NCBI GenBank assembly: GCA_013239625.1
Contig: MU053652.1
Location: 8,322,331-8,342,330 of the forward strand
Length of the DNA: 20,000 bases
Direction: 5' to 3'
Source: Lama guanicoe
Taxonomy: Eukaryota
In this document: piece by piece, positions 1 to 11,360 of the stretch
Numbering within the stretch: the stretch's first letter is position 1
How the letters are laid out: the number at the start of each line of letters is the position of its first letter
Notes under the pieces: model-generated
Seen by the model: the letters and a program-made list of their open reading frames with translations, nothing else
Told to the model about the DNA's origin: nothing
The model's database searches: none
Program-made: the position numbers and the translations under genes

Positions 1-1299
1 CTACTTCTAGCAGCTTGTTCATTTTTATTTTTCTCAGAACTCTGTACTATTTTCTTACTTATTTCTCTAGTCCTTGGCTTTTCTTCATACTTCTTTTGAT
101 GGGACAAAAATGATAAAAAGAATGCCAGATTTGTTTGAGAAGGAGTAAGAGAAGAAAATTGAACAATAATACTTCCTGTTTGTAGTGAGCATTTCTTCCA
201 GGTATGCCACTCCTCCATCCAGTTTATCCATTCATTATGGATCCCTTTTTCTCAGTTAAGGAGTCGGGAAAACAGCCGCACAGATATTGAGCAGCATTCC
301 CTAGTTGATTGGTTGTAAAACCGAGACCAGATTCTGGATTTCTGTCAGATACTTCAGGATTTCTCTAGAAGATATTTTACGCTGAGAGAAACTTGAAGAG
401 AGAAGAGAGTGGGAGCATGAGCAGAGCAGAGTGCTGGTGCGCAGGACTGACCCCGTTAGACATGGAGGAGATACGGCTGGGAGGGCCGCCTCTGTTCCTG
501 CAGCTGTCATGTGCTGCTTCTTTCCTTCCCAACCTAGGCATCTGATGCATCACAAATATAATAGAAATTATAGTAAGGATAAGAAATGATGCCTAGTGAG
601 AGATGCGGTGCTACATCTGTACAAATGAAACATGGGAGAAATACAGTGCTTGTAAAGAAGTGTAAACTTTGGCGGGATACAGGCTCTAAGGGGAAGGGGA
701 AAGTGGTAGGTTGGGAAGTCTGACAAAGCAAATGAAAATGAGTGGGAGAGCATTTTAAAAGACTACAAGTGAGAGAAGAGGGAGGGGAGGAATTCCCAGA
801 AAACATGAAGAACTTTCAAAGCAGGAAATCGAGTAATGAAACATATTAATAGAAACAATTGGTATTGTTTTGGATGTTGGTTTAGAATGTTGTAGGGATT
901 TAAGATAAGGGGGAGAATACTATAAAATCCAAGACAGTGAACATTTTAGATCCAAAAGAGCATCAAAATGATGGCAGGCAAGAAAAAAGAAAACATAGAA
1001 ATCCACCAATAATAATGTGGTAGGAGAGGACCAAAACCAGAAAATCCAAATGTCAGATACATTTATTTCATGAATATTTTCTGAGAACCTGCAAAGGCCA
1101 AAGGGTCGTGCTAAGTGAACAGTGACATTACACAGAAGTTTAACGTTTCTGCTTTCCGGTAGCTGGTACAGTTGCTGAAAGTCAATATATACTGTGGCAA
1201 ACATTCATCACAAAACAAGGCTGCTTATAAATTTATGCCAAATGATTGGAACACATCATTTGTGGTATAGATGTGTAACTAAAAGGTGGGTGCCCCTCT

Positions 1300-2175
1300 A
1301 GGGAGTCATCATCGTCCTGCTCTCCGTTCCCCCGACCACACATGGTCCCACTTGCCCACAACCTGCTGCTCCTTCTGTTTTCTTTATCTCAGAGAATCTG
1401 CTACACTTCACCCCACTTCCAGGCCTGAAACCTGCGCATCATGTCAGATGCTTCAGAGATTCCTGAGCTCCCATCACTCAGTGTATGTAGCTTCACTGTC
1501 TGAATCCACCCATCTCCTGTCTGCGGCCCCATCTCCACTCCCGCTGGCCCTGCTCTCCTCGAGGCTATCTTCACCTCTCTCTTCAATAGGCCATCGTCAC
1601 ACTCCTTCCCCGCCAAGTCTCCTGCCGGAGCACCAAGTCAGAAATGCCAACCTGGTCCTATTGTACCCCTGGTCAGACTTCTGCAATGGCTCCCTTTTGC
1701 TGACAGGTGGAAAATATCTAAATAAAACACATACGTATTAATGGAGTTTTAGGGTTTTGTCATTTATGTGTCCTAACAACCCTCCCCAAAACCCCCCATA
1801 CTTATCTCCCACATTCACATTTCCTGCATTAACAGTATTTCGCTATCTGTTGCCCCTGGAATACTCATGACTATTCTTCCTCTCTGTCTGTGTCCTCTTC
1901 CTGGAATGCCCTCTCCTCCCGCCCTGTGCTCTTTGGGAAAGGCAGCTCCGGTTGAGATATAATCAGAATCATCCTCCATGCCCTCATTGCACCATCATGG
2001 AGATGTCGGCCTCCACTACAATATGTATTCCTCTTTGCTTTTATCTTTGCTTCCCCCTCTCAGCCGTAAATACCTCAAGAATATGGAATGTGTGGTTTGG
2101 CTTGTTTCCTCCTCTGGCCCAAATGCAGTGCCTGTCACCCAGGAGAGAGTTGATCATTGTGCTGAATGGATGGAC
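1300..2175 (+). mobile_element. LINE-2 (L2c-like) 3' fragment
   Basis: Pyrimidine-rich L2 motifs (ttctgcaatggctccc, cctcttcctggaatgccctctcc) ending in a typical L2 tail (cagtgcctgtcacccaggagag...tgctgaatggatgga). The 5' boundary is uncertain. Confidence 0.7.
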
Positions 2176-2384
2176 TAAAGACCTCTTGAGGCAGAAGGAT
2201 GTAGGGATTTCAGCCAGATCTTATAGGAAAGATAGGAGGCAGGAGACAGAAGATGATGAAAGGAAGGAACTTCAAATACAGTGAAGAGAGTGACTAAGAG
2301 ACAGGACAAAGGGTGTGTCTCTTCCATGGAGCTCTTCTTGACCTTTCACGATACATTTTTATACTTTGTTTGGTAACAATAATA

Positions 2385-2550
2385 TATGTGAATGTTGGCT
2401 ATCAGCCTCCTAACAACCATTAGAAATAGTCAACATTATCCCCATTTTACTGATGAGCAAATGGACACTCAAAGAGGTTAAGTAATTTGCCTAAAGTCAC
2501 ACAGTCTATAAAGAAGGTGGGAGGATTTAAACACTGACTCCCAAGCTCAT
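2385..2550 (-). mobile_element. MIR SINE
   Basis: Reverse MIR core: attatccccattttactgatgagcaaatggacactcaaagaggttaagtaatttgcctaaagtcacacag. Confidence 0.9.
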
Positions 2551-2649
2551 CAATGATATTGCCTCTTCAGTGGCATTTATATCAGATTTCTAATAGCTCG
2601 TGCACTGTTCTTCCTGCATTTGCAATTACGAAAACACATACTGAGATGA

Positions 2650-2790
2650 GTCTCTCACTGACTGGATTACAGACCAACCACAATCCTTGATGAACAAATA
2701 GTGTGAACAAGAAATAAATTTTGGTTGTTGTAAGCCGCTGAGGTTTAGGGAGTTTTGCCACAGCATAACCTATGCTGTCCTGACTTGTCT
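2650..2790 (+). mobile_element. MaLR LTR (MLT1-type) 3' fragment
   Basis: gtgaacaagaaataaattttggttgttgtaagccgctgaggtttagggagttttgccacagcataaccta resembles the MLT1 LTR end (AATAAA...ttaagccactgag...tgttacagca). Confidence 0.75.
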
Positions 2791-3100
2791 GCTATATTCT
2801 GAAAAACTCCCCAAGTGATTCCGTCATGCTGCCCTCTGGGCCATGTCCTCATCTGTAAAATGAATAAGACTCTTAAAAGTGTTTTAGATATTATCTGTGG
2901 ATTGGCTCTCCCAGATTCACTGGAGGTACTTGTTTAAAATCACAACCTCTGGATGTGAAGTCTGGGATGCTGCACTTTCAACAGACTCCTCGTGATTACG
3001 AAGCAGTTAATCCAGGGACCGCATTTCCATCACACCCTAACAATGTAAAGTCAGGTTGGAGAACCGGATGACCTCTACAGCTGTTTCCAGTTCCACTGTG
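2790..3100. mobile_element. Cluster of MER5-like (hAT-Charlie) fragments and MIR fragments
   Basis: MER5-like: tatattctgaaaaactccccaagtgattc and tgcactttcaacagactcctcgtgattac...ccagggaccgcattt. MIR-like: tcctcatctgtaaaatg and ggatgacctctacagctgtttccagttc. Confidence 0.65.
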
Positions 3101-4171
3101 TGCATGGGGTATGAACGCAGTACATCTCCATTGCTAAATGGTGGTAGACGTTAAATGAAAAGAAAGAGTTAAAAATCCCTTGTAATTGACATAGTGGAGC
3201 CACCAGTTGCCTTTCCCTGCTATCCATTTTGGGCTAAAGACTAACAAGAAATGCTGATTATTTTTCCTTGACTTTGTAGTTGAGCTCTTTCTTACTCTCA
3301 AGATCAAGGATTAAGTCTTGAGAAATTCCTGCAGCAGTAGGGGTAGGTGTATCACGAACCAGGCAAAGCCCTTCATGGGCTCTGTCAAATAATAATAGTG
3401 TTTTTCTTGTAGCACACAGATTTAGAAAGCATGATTTTTTTCCCTTCTTAAATTGCTTGGCGTTCCTTTTAGAAAGTCAACTGCAGTGAGTGAGGCCTGG
3501 GATTGGTCCTACTTTTCTCAAGCTGTGCTGCTCAAGCTGATCGTACCCACATACATGCAAATTCATCAGCCAAATTACTCCCTAATATCAGTCAGTGTGT
3601 TATTAAAAAGGGGGAGGTGAAAAGACTATATTTTAAAGCCTAATTTATATTTCAGTTCCATCTGGAGTTATAATTTAAAAGCGAACTAAGGTGATTTTTC
3701 AATATAATCAGCCACATTTCCCAAGAGAATATGTTTGGCACTCAGGACTTTGGGGGAGGGGTAGCCGTGGCTGCCTCCTCGGATTGCATTTGCTTTTCTG
3801 CCTCGGGGGCAGTTGCCTGGCTGCACTTACTGAGGTGGTGGAGACAGGAGATGACTATAATATTGTCAAATGGGGAAGCGGGAGAGTGCCAGGTATGGGA
3901 AACTGACCTACGCAGGTAAAAGTTTTAGTTCCAATTCTAGCTTTTTGGCAAGAGAGATGAGAACCTCAGGAGAAATAGGCATTTAGCCACCAGGACGAGG
4001 GTCAAGAGATCCACTGCCAGGCAAGAAGAAGAGAGAACAGAAAAGAAAACAAAGCAAAAGATTCCTGTGCTAAAGAATTTTATGGCCAGGATGGTGATTG
4101 AGTGTTTTATTTAGGGGTCAAGATATATGAATTAAAACAGTTGTAGAAAAGACAGAGTGAAGGGGGAAAAC

Positions 4172-4270
4172 CTCATCATTCAACAAATGTTACTGAGCAC
4201 TTACCATATGCCAGGCACTGTTCTGGTGCTGGGAATAGGGCAGTAAATGAACAAGAGATGCTCTCATGGG
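4172..4270 (-). mobile_element. LINE-2 3' tail
   Basis: tcattcaacaaatgttactgagcacttaccatatgccaggcactgttctggtgctggga is the classic reverse L2 terminus. Confidence 0.9.
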
Positions 4271-4899
4271 TCTACTTGGATTGAACTCTACTACATACTA
4301 GCAAGGTGATTATGGATCCTTGGTTCAACATGGAATTACAATACCTACTTTCCTCTCCTCTTATTTAGTCATAGGTCAGAAAAACAGATCTGTCTGCTTA
4401 TTGGCAAATATCTTCACCTTGTAAATACGATTGCCTGTCTATAAAGCCTGTGATCAATCAGCAGTCTACATGATGTTGTTGCAGTTAAGACCCCTCCACC
4501 CCACCACACAAGGCAAATAAATATTTCTGTAGACCCGAATGGGGCAGAAAAGCAAACAAGCAAACCCCAAAAGTGAGAACCTGTATGGTCTACTATGCTC
4601 CCACATCATTCTGAGGTCAGAACTAATGTCAGTGCCACAGACTAAGGGCTGGAGAGTGGTTTTCTTGTAGCTATGAAAACACTAAAAAAGTAGACTGACC
4701 GCTGTCTGTGGTGGCATTCACAGAAAGCAGCCCAGCCTCCCAGCCAGCTAGAAGCCTGGATTTGCATTCTTCTGGCAGGACAGGACCTCAGGCTGACAAA
4801 TAAGGCACATTCTAGACTGTGAGCCAGGGACTGGCTGGAGGCAACTGTAAAACTTCTAGATGGGGAGTAATGAGTACAGAAAGAAAAGAAACCACTAAA

Positions 4900-5091
4900 A
4901 CAAAACAACTACCACTCAAGGTGAATCTGAAAATAAAAATAAAAATGCAGTAAGACAATTAAGAAAGTCTGACAATGGAATCAACACAAAGATGAAAACA
5001 GTCCAAATAAAATGAAAATAACAGGGCAATCATCAGATGAGGAAGGGGGGAAATTTGCAAAAGATGACAAATTATTTTTAAAAGAGAAATA
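4900..5091 (+). mobile_element. Old L1M/L1ME-type element, ORF1 5' part (left piece; may extend to about 4550)
   Basis: A-rich L1-like sequence that continues logically into ORF1-like sequence after 6376. It is interrupted at a duplicated target site. Confidence 0.5.
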
Positions 5092-6364
5092 TATCAATTA
5101 CACACCAACAAATTGAATAATCTAGACCTAAATAAATTCCTAGAAACACACAGTCTATCAAGACTGAATCATAAATAAATAAGAAGCCTTAACAAACCAA
5201 CAATTACTGAAGCGCTTGAATCAGTAATCAAAAACATCCTAACAAAGAAAAGCTCAAGACCAGATGGCTCCACTGGTAACTTCTACCAGATATTTTAAAA
5301 AGAATTGATGCCAATCCTTTTCAAACTCTTCGAAAATACTGGAGAGGAGGAAACACTTCCAAACTGCTTTTATGAGGCCAACATGACCCTGCTACCAAAG
5401 CCAGGCAAAGAGACTACAATGAAAGAAAATTGTCCCTAATGAACATGCACATAAAAATCCTTAACAGAACACTAGCAGACCAAATTCATTAGCGCATTAA
5501 AGGATCATACAACACGGCCACGTGGGATTTACAGGGGTGATTCAGTTATACACAAATCAGTTCATGTGATGCATCAGAATAACAGATTTTTTTTAAATCA
5601 TATGATCATCTCAATAGATGCAGACGAATCATTTGACAAAATTCAACATTCTTTCATAATGAAAAAAAACTGTCAAGAAATTAGGCCACAACAATTAAGG
5701 AACAAACCTCAACATAATAAAGGATGTATATGACAAGCCCACATGTAACATCATACTCAATGTTGAAAAACTGAAAGCTTTTCCTCTAAGCTCAGGAATA
5801 AGACAAAGATGCCCATTCTCACCACTTCTATTTAATACAGTGTTGGAAGTCCTAATCAGACCGGTTAGGTAAGAAAAAGAAATACAAGGCAACAAATTGG
5901 AAAAAGAAGAAGTAAAATGATCTTATGCGTGGAAAACTCTAAATATGCCACAAAAAACTATTAGAATTAATAAACAAATTCAGTAAAGGTACAGGATTCA
6001 ATATCAATGTAAAAATTCAGTTGTGGAATTTATACACTAACAACTATCAGAAAAGAAAATTAAGAAAACAATTCCATTTACAGTAGCATCAAAAAAATAA
6101 AATACTTAGGAATAAACTTAAGCAAGGAATTTCACCTTCTACACTGAAAATTACAAAACTATAAAACATTGATGAAAGAAAACAAAGCCATTTGGACATT
6201 GGTCCAAACCTTGGACATGTCTGTTTATGGTGATGGTGACTGATTGTGGTGACAGTTATATGGGTGTGTGTATATATCACATATATCCAAACTCAGCAAA
6301 CTGCTTACAATACATATACACAATTTTTTTGTATATAAGTTACACCTCATTAAAACTGTTTTTT
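5092..6364 (+). mobile_element. Younger L1 insertion: degraded ORF2 RT region joined to a 3' terminus, nested in the older L1
   Basis: ORF2 motifs: ttcctagaaacacac, ccagatggctccactggt, atgatcatctcaatagatgcag, tttgacaaaattcaacat, caggaataagacaaagatgccca. L1MB/MC-like 3' end at about 6230-6364 (gattgtggtgacagtta...tataagttacacctcattaaa). Flanked by 16/17-identical repeats at 5075-5091 and 6360-6376. Confidence 0.9.
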
Positions 6365-6376
6365 AAAAAAGAAATA

Positions 6377-8600
6377 CGAAACAAGAATAAGTAAATGTAA
6401 AAAATGACTAGTTAGAAATCCAGGAAATGAAAAAGATAATCTCTGAAATTAAAAAAGAAAAAAAGCAACTCAATTAGAATTTTAAAAACTCAAGATAAAA
6501 TAAACTATAATCTTTAAAGTGAGTACACCTGAAGACATAATTATGTGGACTAAGAATACTAGGAATTCACCTAAAAAATCAGGCAGAATAGTAAGTAAAT
6601 ATGTTTTAAGTTAAAGAATAATTTGAGGAAGGAATTCAGAATTCCCAAAATGCATGCAAGAGGTATTCCTGAAAGAGACAGAATAGAAAAGAGATTATAT
6701 TCAAAGTAATAATGGCTAATTTTTTTCAGAATTAAAAAAGACATCAATCCTCAGGCAGAATATACATTTCTAAGTACAAAATAATTTAATATTAGCCCAT
6801 GTTCAGACACATCATAAATGGAACTTCAGACCATCGAAAATAAGGAGAAAATGTTAAAGCTACTAAACAGTAGAGAGGAAAAAACTTTCTACAATAGGAT
6901 GATAATTAGATTCATTTCTCATTCTCAGCAATAATGAAGATATTTAATAAAGATATACAAAACTCCTGCAGAGAAAATTATAAGATATTATAGAAGGAAT
7001 TTAATGAACACCTAAATGAATAGAGAGATTAATAGATGGGAATATTTTAAGGCTATTTCTTACTCTATAAATTCTGTGTAATTTGAATACAAATCTAAAA
7101 ATCAAAGAGAAAAATGAAAGCTTAAAACGATCAAGGCAAGTTTGAGAAAATGTAAGTTAAGGGACTTTAGATAGAGATTATAAAACTTATTGAAAAGCTA
7201 TAGTAGTTATAAGAGTTTAATAATTCTACAAGAATTGATTTTTGAAAGCTGTGGTGAGGGTAGGAGTTGAGGGACAAAATTAAAAAGTCCATAAACATAT
7301 GTGCCTACATTTGTAGAAATTCCTGTGTAGCAACATGAATTTGTGGGCAAAAGATGGACCATTCAATAAAAAAAAAAAAATCCAGACCATTTTGGTTATT
7401 CATTTAGAAAAAGAGTTATCAGATTCCTACACAAATAAATTTAGGACCTACACTTGAAAAACAAAATTTAAAGCTTTAGGAAAAACATGGGAATACAATA
7501 TAATATAGAGAGAATTTTTCATACAAGACAGTAAAAACATAAAACATAACAGAAAGGATTTAAAATAACTGCATTAAAATTGAAATCCTCTTATCAACCA
7601 GAAATACAATAAAACAAATTTCATAGATGAGCCAGAGACTAAGAAAAATACTTGCAAAAATATACTTATAAAGAAATATTATCAAGAATCTAAAAATAAC
7701 TCCACAAATGCATGAAAAAAAAGGAAACAACCAAACAGAAAGAAAGAGACTATAAACAAAGTAATTTGCAGGAAAGAAACAATTATGTTCAATAGCCATA
7801 AAAAAATACTTCAGTAGTATTCAAGCAAATGCAAATTAAATTTAGAACTTTCCATACCATCAGATTGTCAAATACATAAATTAGTCCAATATACCAATGG
7901 TTGGTGAAACTGAACTTTCTCACATTGCTGGTGCTAATATAAACTGACACAAGCATCTTGCATAGCATCTGGCAATTCCCAGTAAAGTTCAAATGCATCC
8001 CTTCCACCCAGAAATATTGATACTACTTTTATACAATACCTTAGAAAATCTCTTTCCTATATTCACATGGAACTAGGTACAAGGATGGTCATAGTCTTAT
8101 GATAATGAAGAATTGGGGAAAGAGCCCTAAAGAGCCATCAGTAGAAAAAAGCACAAATGAATTGTAATATATTTATAAAAAGAAATGCTATATTCACTTA
8201 AAAGTAATTAACAATAGGTCTACATGTATCAACATGAATGCATTTGAAGTACATAAAATACTGAGTGAAGAAGCAAGTTGAAAAATCACATACACAGAAA
8301 GTCTTGTTTATTCTTAAAATTGCATGTTTATTAATGTATTAATGTCTACATACAGTAAAATCACAAAAGCATGGATAGAAAGGATGCAGACCACACTCTA
8401 AACAATGGTTGACTTCTAAGATTTCCAAGGAGAAAGAAATGGAGTGGTCTATATAAATCTCGCATGTTTTATTTAGTTTTTAAAAAGTCAAGCAAATGTG
8501 GCAAAATGTCAACATTTTTAAAATGTGAATACAAGTGCAGTTACTATTACAATTTTTCCATGTGTTCTTAATATTTCACAATTTTAAAAATATTTTTAAA
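6377..8600 (+). mobile_element. Old L1M/L1ME-type element: ORF1 remnant (to about 6935), then ORF2 C-terminal region and 3' UTR
   Basis: ORF1 motifs (ttcaaagtaataatggctaat, agacacatcataa...aataaggagaaaatgttaaagct). ORF2 3' motifs (gggcaaaagatggaccattcaataaa, aaatgcaaattaaa...ccataccatcagattgtcaaa, cacattgctggtg). L1ME-like 3' UTR (aaatgtggcaaaatgtcaacatt). No intact ORFs. Confidence 0.85.
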
Positions 8601-8972
8601 AGATATTCTGCTAGAAGAGTTATGCTTAAATTTTTTTTTTTTAAATCAGGAAACAGAAATTTCTCGTCCCTGTTGGTAATAAGTCTGCAAGGAATCGCTT
8701 CATCTGTCTGGTAGTTTGAGAGAAGCGTCTTTTAATAGGAAAGGTGGAGATGGCCCTAAAAGAGCCAGAAAGGCATAGTGTACACACAGAGCAGGAAAGC
8801 ATGGTTACTTGACATTCCACCTCATACCATCTGACAGAATTTACAGCGTCTGTTTCTGCACAGCTGCCCCTGTCTGGATGGATGTGGTTTGTTTGCTGAA
8901 CTTCTCCATGTAACTTTTGGAAGTGGTAGGGGGTGTATAGATTTTTAAAAAGAAAAAATTTTGAGGAAGTCC

Positions 8973-9022
8973 TCTGGACTTTCCCCTTTTTGTTTCATCT
9001 GGACTTTCCCCTTTTTGTTTCA
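8973..9022. repeat. Perfect 25-bp tandem duplication
   Basis: tctggactttcccctttttgtttca at 8973-8997 and again at 8998-9022. Confidence 0.95.
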
Positions 9023-9359
9023 TATAGAGTTTTGAGAAGGAATCATGACTTAAAAAGTATTCTTATAAGATCAGTCAGTCATAATTTTGAATCATTTTTT
9101 TCTTCCTATATTTTCCTTCACAATAAACAAAATAAAAGTGGACATTATTTGTGTTGCTCTCATTCAGTTCAGAATTTTATGATACTGAAATGCTTTGCTT
9201 TATCTAGAACAGAATTTGATTCAACATTACTTGTTATGGCTGCAGGATTAATTTTATGAAAGGCATCGGATTGTAGTCATGACTTGCACTAGACTTGAGA
9301 GGGCTTGAGAAAGGAAAATGATTCACCCACAGTCTAACTTATTTGACAATTGGCCTTCT

Positions 9360-9435
9360 TTTATTGTTGTTGTATTATTGGTTGTCGGTGGTAGTATTAG
9401 CGGTGGTTGTGGTATATAACGGTGGTGATGGTGGC
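9360..9435. repeat. Degenerate (GTT/GGT)n low-complexity tract
   Basis: ttattgttgttgtattattggttgtcggtggtagtattagcggtggttgtggt...ggtggtgatggtgg. Confidence 0.7.
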
Positions 9436-10059
9436 GTCCCTCTGTTTTAGGAGTAGGGGCTTGATAAGAAAGTAGAAAAAGAGAAGTAAGAGAACAAAAT
9501 TAAAGAGCTCAATGAGAGACAAAGATGCTATAGCTAGAGAGAACAGGTGATGAAGCATTTCCAGGGATAAAATGAAGCAATTTTCCCCTTTATCTCAGAG
9601 ATGATTCTACAGATCAAACATTCAGGGTGTCTTTGGAGTTGCAGCACATTCAGACAGGGATAATTCTGTTTTTCTCCTATTCTAGGCTTTGAGTTTAAGA
9701 TATGGGGACAAGGAGGCATTTCCTACAAATTCTGGGAGGGTAGCTGTCAGAGACAATAGATATGGTGCCTTAGCCAGATGCAGCTGTAATCCCCTGGGAC
9801 GTAGATGCAAAAATATGAAATGTACATAAGTGTTTAGGGGAAGCTCTGCAGACAAGACGTAAATTTGAACTTCACATTGAAGAATGGATAAGTATTCAGA
9901 ATAGGTTATGAGTCTAAGGATTCAGCTTAAGCAAAATGACCCTTCTTGGAAGCGTGTTTCTGATTTGAAAGTTGGACCCAGCAATAAAGATAAAAGGGAA
10001 GGTCCAAAAGAGGTAGTAACCCAGGGCTTAGCAAATTTTAACTTAATTAATAATCAACT

Positions 10060-10155
10060 GGGGAACTTGAATATGGTGATCTGGACTCAGTATGTCTGGG
10101 GAAAAGCCTGAGAATCTGCATTTCTCACAAGCTCCCAGTCCATGGACCACACAGC
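10060..10155. mobile_element. MER5A-like DNA transposon fragment
   Basis: actcagtatgtctggggaaaagcctgagaatctgcatttctcacaagctcccag...ccatggaccacac. Confidence 0.8.
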
Positions 10156-10339
10156 CAGTAGGCAGAGAAATCCAAATGAGCAATCCAGGTATTGATGCGG
10201 GAATGGTAAAAGCAAGATGGTAAAAGGCAGCGTTTTTATTACCGGAGATTTTACTTAAATACTAAGGCCAAATGGGAAAGAGAATGAATTTGATGGTGCA
10301 GAGTTACTGTACACAACCGCAAAGCACAAGTCAGCCTCT

Positions 10340-10585
10340 AAAGGGGAAGCTCTCCTCGAATCTGGAGAGTTGTTGACCTGGAAGAATATGATCTCAGTGT
10401 TACCAAATTCCTTAGTTTGTCAAGAGAAGCCAGAAATTCAGGTTTTATTTCTAACGTGAAATCTGTTGATTTACCAATCTTGACCCAAATTAAATGCGCA
10501 CGTGCACACACACACACACTCCCCTCATTGTAAGTCAGATAAGCTGTATTTTCTTGCTAGAGTTGGCCATTAGCTTGCAACTACT
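10340..10585 (-). mobile_element. MER102-like (hAT-Charlie) element with internal (CA)n at about 10505-10519
   Basis: cagtgttaccaaattccttagtttgtcaagagaagccagaaattcaggttttatt...gtgaaatctg matches the reverse MER102 core as I remember it. Confidence 0.7.
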
Positions 10586-10789
10586 TCATTTAAATAGTCA
10601 AACTTGGTCAAAGGGCCCAAGAGGCCAGAATATAGTCATAGGCAGGTAGAAGCTGTCACTTAAGAGTATCTGGGGGCTTACTGGTATGAACGTTATGGAT
10701 TAGAGTTTAGAAAAAGAGTGCATGATGAGGAGCAGGGATCAGAACCCAAACATGAGGAAGGAATGCCACTAAGACTCTTTAGAAATATT

Positions 10790-11360
10790 TCAGGAAATAC
10801 TGGGATGAGTCTTATTATAGTTAGAGTGAAGATGGCCTTGAAGGCAAGATGAGGATTTTGGATTCTTTACAATGAACTACTGAAAAATCACTAACTTGAT
10901 CATTTTAAATCAGGGCTGTGCCAGTTAAAATATGAAAGCAGTCTAGGCAAGTTAATAATTTAATACCTGAAATTTTGTTTTTTATTTTATCTCCAAAATT
11001 GCCCTGTCTAAGCAGACCACACATGTCTAGTTGAAGTAGACCTAGGTGGAAGTGAAATTTCAACATGATGGCCAGGGTTATGTGTGGTGAACAGCATCCT
11101 CTTGCACTGTGTTTTCTATTTCTTTTCCTGGTGTTTTAGCAGGCCCTTATAGATTGGTGCTCCAGACAGTTGTCAGGGTAGCTAGTCTTTTAATCCAGCT
11201 GTATGCAAGAGGATGACAAAATCGAAGTGGATTCTTGGAAGATGATCTGGCTTTGAATCAGCATTGCCTACAGAGGAGGACATTGAATGGAGACTAAAGG
11301 GCAGATTTGAGAGGTAAAGGGGCAGATTTGAGAGGACCAAAAGACTGGTTAGCTGTGGCT
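10790..11360 (-). mobile_element. Degraded L2 fragments (not continuous)
   Basis: Purine-rich reverse-L2 motifs: gatggccttgaaggcaagatgaggattttggattcttt and ggaagatgatctggct...gaatggagact...agactggttag. Confidence 0.5.
11295..11335. repeat. 20/21-bp tandem duplication
   Basis: taaagggcagatttgagagg (11295-11314) followed by taaaggggcagatttgagagg (11315-11335). Confidence 0.9.

Noticed and set aside
301..830. Purine-rich segment that might be a reverse L2, and overlapping minus-strand ORFs
   Set aside because: No diagnostic repeat motif could be matched with confidence, and the ORFs are compositionally biased.
1286..2284. 151-aa and 110-aa plus-strand ORFs
   Set aside because: They lie within an L2 remnant, have low-complexity Ser/Pro/Leu composition, non-ATG starts and no recognisable domain.
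3655..3920. Possible exon with donors at cag|gtatgg and cag|gtaaaa and short ORFs; considered as SLC13A1 exon 1
   Set aside because: Translations show no similarity to the SLC13A1 N-terminus, and there is no promoter or CpG signature. Splice-like motifs alone are insufficient.
5695..8007. Hydrophobic minus-strand ORFs (5695-5895, 6089-6280, 7560-7799, 7789-8007)
   Set aside because: Antisense reading of A-rich L1 gives Phe/Leu/Ile-rich pseudo-ORFs.
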